From positions 647,919-711,918 of the forward strand of contig JAJDTP010000005.1 in NCBI GenBank assembly GCA_022827095.1: 64,000 nt of DNA, read 5' to 3'. Positions 61,533-64,000 of this stretch are shown piece after piece. A model generated the notes under the pieces. The model did not search any database. It worked only from the letters and a program-made list of their open reading frames with translations, and was not told the DNA's origin. Source of the DNA: Dehalococcoidia bacterium (GTDB taxonomy: Bacteria; Chloroflexota; Dehalococcoidia; Lucifugimonadales; UBA3495). How positions within the stretch are numbered: the stretch's first letter is position 1; every line of letters begins with the position of its first letter. Both the position numbers and the translations under genes were made by a program.

Positions 61533-62462
61533 ATGGCCCGGCCAAGCCCGCTTTGGGACTTATGGACAGGGTTACGGGGCGGGAATATAATCTTGGCGGC
61601 TCGCATTATTATCTCTTTCTATATCGCAGGTGGCGTTTTGGCAGCAGTCGACCAACCCCTACAAACCGTTGAGGAGATGCGGGCAACGTCCCTGCAACTG
61701 AGACGCGACAGCCTGGAGATGATCTACGGCGCCGGGAGCGGACATCCCGGAGGTTCGCTGTCGGAAATCGACATCCTGGTGGCCCTCTATTTCGGCGTGA
61801 TGCGGTACGACGCGAACGATCCGGCATGGTCGGGACGGGACCGGTTCATCCTCAGCAAGGGCCACGCCTCACCCGGATTTTACGCGACGCTTTCAATGGC
61901 CGGCTACTTCGGCCGAGAGGAGCTTTCCTCCTATCGGAAGACCGACGGCCTGTTGCAGGGCCACGCCCACCCCATGACGCCGGGGGTCGAGATGAACTCG
62001 GGCTCGCTGGGCATGGGGCTGTCCTTCGCGCTGGGTCATGCATTGGCGGCCCGGCTGGACGGAAAAGACTACAAAGTCTATGCGCTGCTGGGGGATGGCG
62101 AGTGCCAGGAGGGCGAGGTGTGGGAAGCGGCAATGTCGGCGGCGCACCACCGGGCCAGCAACCTGACGGCCATCGTAGACCGCAACCGCATCCAGAACGA
62201 CCGGTTCACCGACGAGGTGATGACGCTTGAGCCCCTGGCGGACCGTTGGCGCGACTTCGGCTGGAATGTCATAACGTGCGACGGCCACGAGCACGCTGAG
62301 GTTTTGCGAGCGCTGGAAACCGCATCGGAAGGCGGGCCGACAGCGATAATCGCCAACACCGTAAAGGGGAAGGGCGTCAGCTTCATGGAAAACAATCCCG
62401 CCTTCCACGGGCGAGCGCCCAATGCTGAAGAATACGAAGCGGCACTCAAGGAGCTGGCGTGA
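61533..62462 (+). CDS. Transketolase, N-terminal (TPP-binding) subunit
   Basis: GSGHPGGSLSEIDILVALY...GHASPGFYA...GSLGMGLS...LLGDGECQEGEVWEA. The real start is probably internal (TTG at 61638 or ATG at 61677). Confidence 0.85.
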   Translation: MARPSPLWDLWTGLRGGNIILAARIIISFYIAGGVLAAVDQPLQTVEEMRATSLQLRRDSLEMIYGAGSGHPGGSLSEIDILVALYFGVMRYDANDPAWSGRDRFILSKGHASPGFYATLSMAGYFGREELSSYRKTDGLLQGHAHPMTPGVEMNSGSLGMGLSFALGHALAARLDGKDYKVYALLGDGECQEGEVWEAAMSAAHHRASNLTAIVDRNRIQNDRFTDEVMTLEPLADRWRDFGWNVITCDGHEHAEVLRALETASEGGPTAIIANTVKGKGVSFMENNPAFHGRAPNAEEYEAALKELA

Positions 62463-63409
62463 TGGCGACACAACGGGCATCCGCGGCCACGCGGGAAACC
62501 TACGGCCGGACCCTGCTCACCATGGCGGACGACCACCCGGACATTGTGGTCCTGGGCGGCGATCTGAACGTGTCGACGTTCGTTCATCTCTGGCGGGACC
62601 AGTATCCGGAGCGGTTCTTCGACTTTGGGCCGGCTGAGCAGAACATCGTTGGGGTCGCGGCCGGGCTGGCCGCCGCCGGAAAGGTGCCCTTCGTCAGCAC
62701 GTTCAGCGTGTTCGGCACGGGGAGGCCCTATGACCAGTTGCGGGTGCTGATTTCGCAACCGTCGTTGAACGTCAAACTCGTTTGCACCCATGCGGGAATC
62801 CTCACCGGAGAGGACGGCATGTCAGCCCACGGGATCGAAGACCTGTCCCTGATGTGCTCCCTTCCGTCTTTCACCGTGATCACGCCGGCCGACGCCCCCG
62901 AAACCGAGCAAGCGGTGCGGGCCGTCGCCAGCACACATGGGCCGGTTTACGTGCGGCTGCCGCGAGCGGCCACGCAGATCGTGCACGACAACGAATACCA
63001 ATTCAGCATCGGCGCGGCGGACGTGATGAAGTCGGGCGGCGACGTTGCCATCATCGCCATGGGGTCGTTGGTGGCGCCGGCACTGGATGCCGCCGACAGC
63101 CTGGCTGGCCAGGGTATCGACGCCCAGGTAGTCAATCTGCACACGCTGGCCCCGGCCGACGAATCGGCCATCATTGCCGCGGCGCAGGAGACCGGAGCGA
63201 TTGTGACCGCCGAAGAGCACTACGTGCACGGGGGACTGGGCAGCGTGGTGGCCGGTGTCTTGGCGCGGAACTGTCCGGTTCCGGTGGAGATGGTCGCGCT
63301 GCACGGCTACACCAGTTCCGGCCCGGCCAACGAACTGATGGAGAAGAACGGGCTGACGGCGGCCGGTGTAGAAGCGGCAGTTCACCGGGTGCTCAAGCGC
63401 AAAGGGTAA
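62459..63409 (+). CDS. Transketolase, C-terminal (pyrimidine-binding) subunit
   Basis: RETYGRTLL...DLNVST...FFDFGPAEQNIVGVAAGLA...EDGMSAHGIED. The start overlaps the upstream stop (GTGATG). Confidence 0.9.
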   Translation: MMATQRASAATRETYGRTLLTMADDHPDIVVLGGDLNVSTFVHLWRDQYPERFFDFGPAEQNIVGVAAGLAAAGKVPFVSTFSVFGTGRPYDQLRVLISQPSLNVKLVCTHAGILTGEDGMSAHGIEDLSLMCSLPSFTVITPADAPETEQAVRAVASTHGPVYVRLPRAATQIVHDNEYQFSIGAADVMKSGGDVAIIAMGSLVAPALDAADSLAGQGIDAQVVNLHTLAPADESAIIAAAQETGAIVTAEEHYVHGGLGSVVAGVLARNCPVPVEMVALHGYTSSGPANELMEKNGLTAAGVEAAVHRVLKRKG

Positions 63410-63450
63410 GACGCAGCGCTCAGCGCGTCGCCTGGCGCTAATCCAAATGT

Positions 63451-63481
63451 AACGGCCCGGGGATCTGCCTGGGCCGTTTTT
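63451..63481 (+). terminator. Intrinsic terminator after the transketolase genes
   Basis: AACGGCCC (63451-58) / GGGCCGTT (63471-78) stem followed by TTT. Confidence 0.6.
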
Positions 63482-63512
63482 CGACAAAGGGTTCAGCTCG
63501 ACCAGGACTCCA

Positions 63513-63863
63513 TCAGGCTCCGGAACCGGGGGGCGACAAAGGACCGTGTCCCCGTCCGTTGCCGTTGCCGCCGGAATAATCGTCGTAGCCGGCGTTGCTG
63601 AACACCCGAATTTCGTTGCCCTGAAAGACGTGGAAGTGATGGGTATCGCGCTCGGTGCCCACGGTGTTCAGCATATCGGCATCGATGTCGGACAGGATTT
63701 CCTCGATCTGTTCAGGGGTGACGCTGGGGGTGACGCACACGGCGACATGGGCCAGACCGGGCATGAAGTGGGTGTCGATCCGACCCACGGGCTGCTCGCC
63801 GTCGAGGATGAGATATGCCTCAGACTGAGGGGTGCGTACTTCGCGTTCGTAGTCGAAGGGCAT
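63513..63863 (-). CDS. Hypothetical protein (116 aa) with a Gly/Asn-rich tail
   Basis: The ORF starts 9 nt downstream of the proA stop on the same strand and has coding-like codon usage. I do not recognise a family. Confidence 0.45.
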   Translation of the reverse strand: MPFDYEREVRTPQSEAYLILDGEQPVGRIDTHFMPGLAHVAVCVTPSVTPEQIEEILSDIDADMLNTVGTERDTHHFHVFQGNEIRVFSNAGYDDYSGGNGNGRGHGPLSPPGSGA

Positions 63864-63872
63864 CGGTCCGTT

Positions 63873-64000
63873 TCACCCGCGAATCTGCCCGTTACCGCGG
63901 ACAATCCATTTGTAGGAAGTCAGCTCGCGGAGCCCCAGGGGGCCACGGGCGTGGAATTTGTCGGTGCTGATACCAACCTCGGAGCCAAAGCCGAACTGGG
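63873..64000 (-). CDS. proA: 3' end of glutamate-5-semialdehyde dehydrogenase (gamma-glutamyl phosphate reductase); gene continues beyond the window
   Basis: The reverse-strand translation [41 protein letters not shown] matches the conserved ProA C-terminus (...[21 protein letters not shown]...). Confidence 0.75.
   Translation of the reverse strand, partial: QFGFGSEVGISTDKFHARGPLGLRELTSYKWIVRGNGQIRG

Noticed and set aside
1-64000. CRISPR arrays, tRNA/rRNA genes, transposases or integrases
   Set aside because: Scanning intergenic regions by eye, I saw no regularly spaced direct repeats, no tRNA T-arm-like GGTTCGAATCC motifs outside coding regions, and no ORF with DDE transposase or tyrosine/serine recombinase motifs. 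tRNAscan/Infernal and ISfinder searches would confirm.

Overview
This is a 64-kb window of a high-GC bacterial chromosome, about 60-65% G+C by eye (not computed). The gene content includes F420-type LLM and PPOX oxidoreductases, Uma2, GYD, translin, a split transketolase and lipoprotein SBPs with Thr/Pro-rich linkers. That mix suggests a Chloroflexota-like or actinobacterial-like organism, which is inference only. I can support about 50 protein-coding genes. I saw no rRNA, tRNA, CRISPR array, transposase or integrase. Most genes are housekeeping: glmS, thrB, aspartate kinase, polA, ileS, mutM, ffh, thiD/thiE, folB, transketolase and the proA 3' end. There is also a peptide-type ABC importer with two tandemly duplicated substrate-binding proteins and an ABC-2 exporter. 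Four loci stand out. (1) A single 703-aa ORF (45952-48063) fuses a DapA/NAL-type aldolase, an MfnB-type (DUF556) furan-phosphate synthase and a TusA-like domain. It sits directly upstream of a CoxM/S/L-type molybdenum hydroxylase operon, and together they may form an undescribed furan-aldehyde pathway. (2) A probable selenoprotein (27824-28396) has an in-frame UGA, a U-x-x-C motif and a SECIS-like hairpin, and is paired with an uncharacterised 345-aa gene. (3) A translationally coupled operon (58478-61379) encodes an amidohydrolase_2-Mug/TDG fusion, ThpR and an AlkA-like glycosylase. (4) A small lower-GC islet (about 1118-2830) carries GIY-YIG and Uma2 nucleases. The many long ORFs antisense to recognisable genes are treated as high-GC artefacts. 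All family assignments come from reading motifs in the translations; no searches were run.
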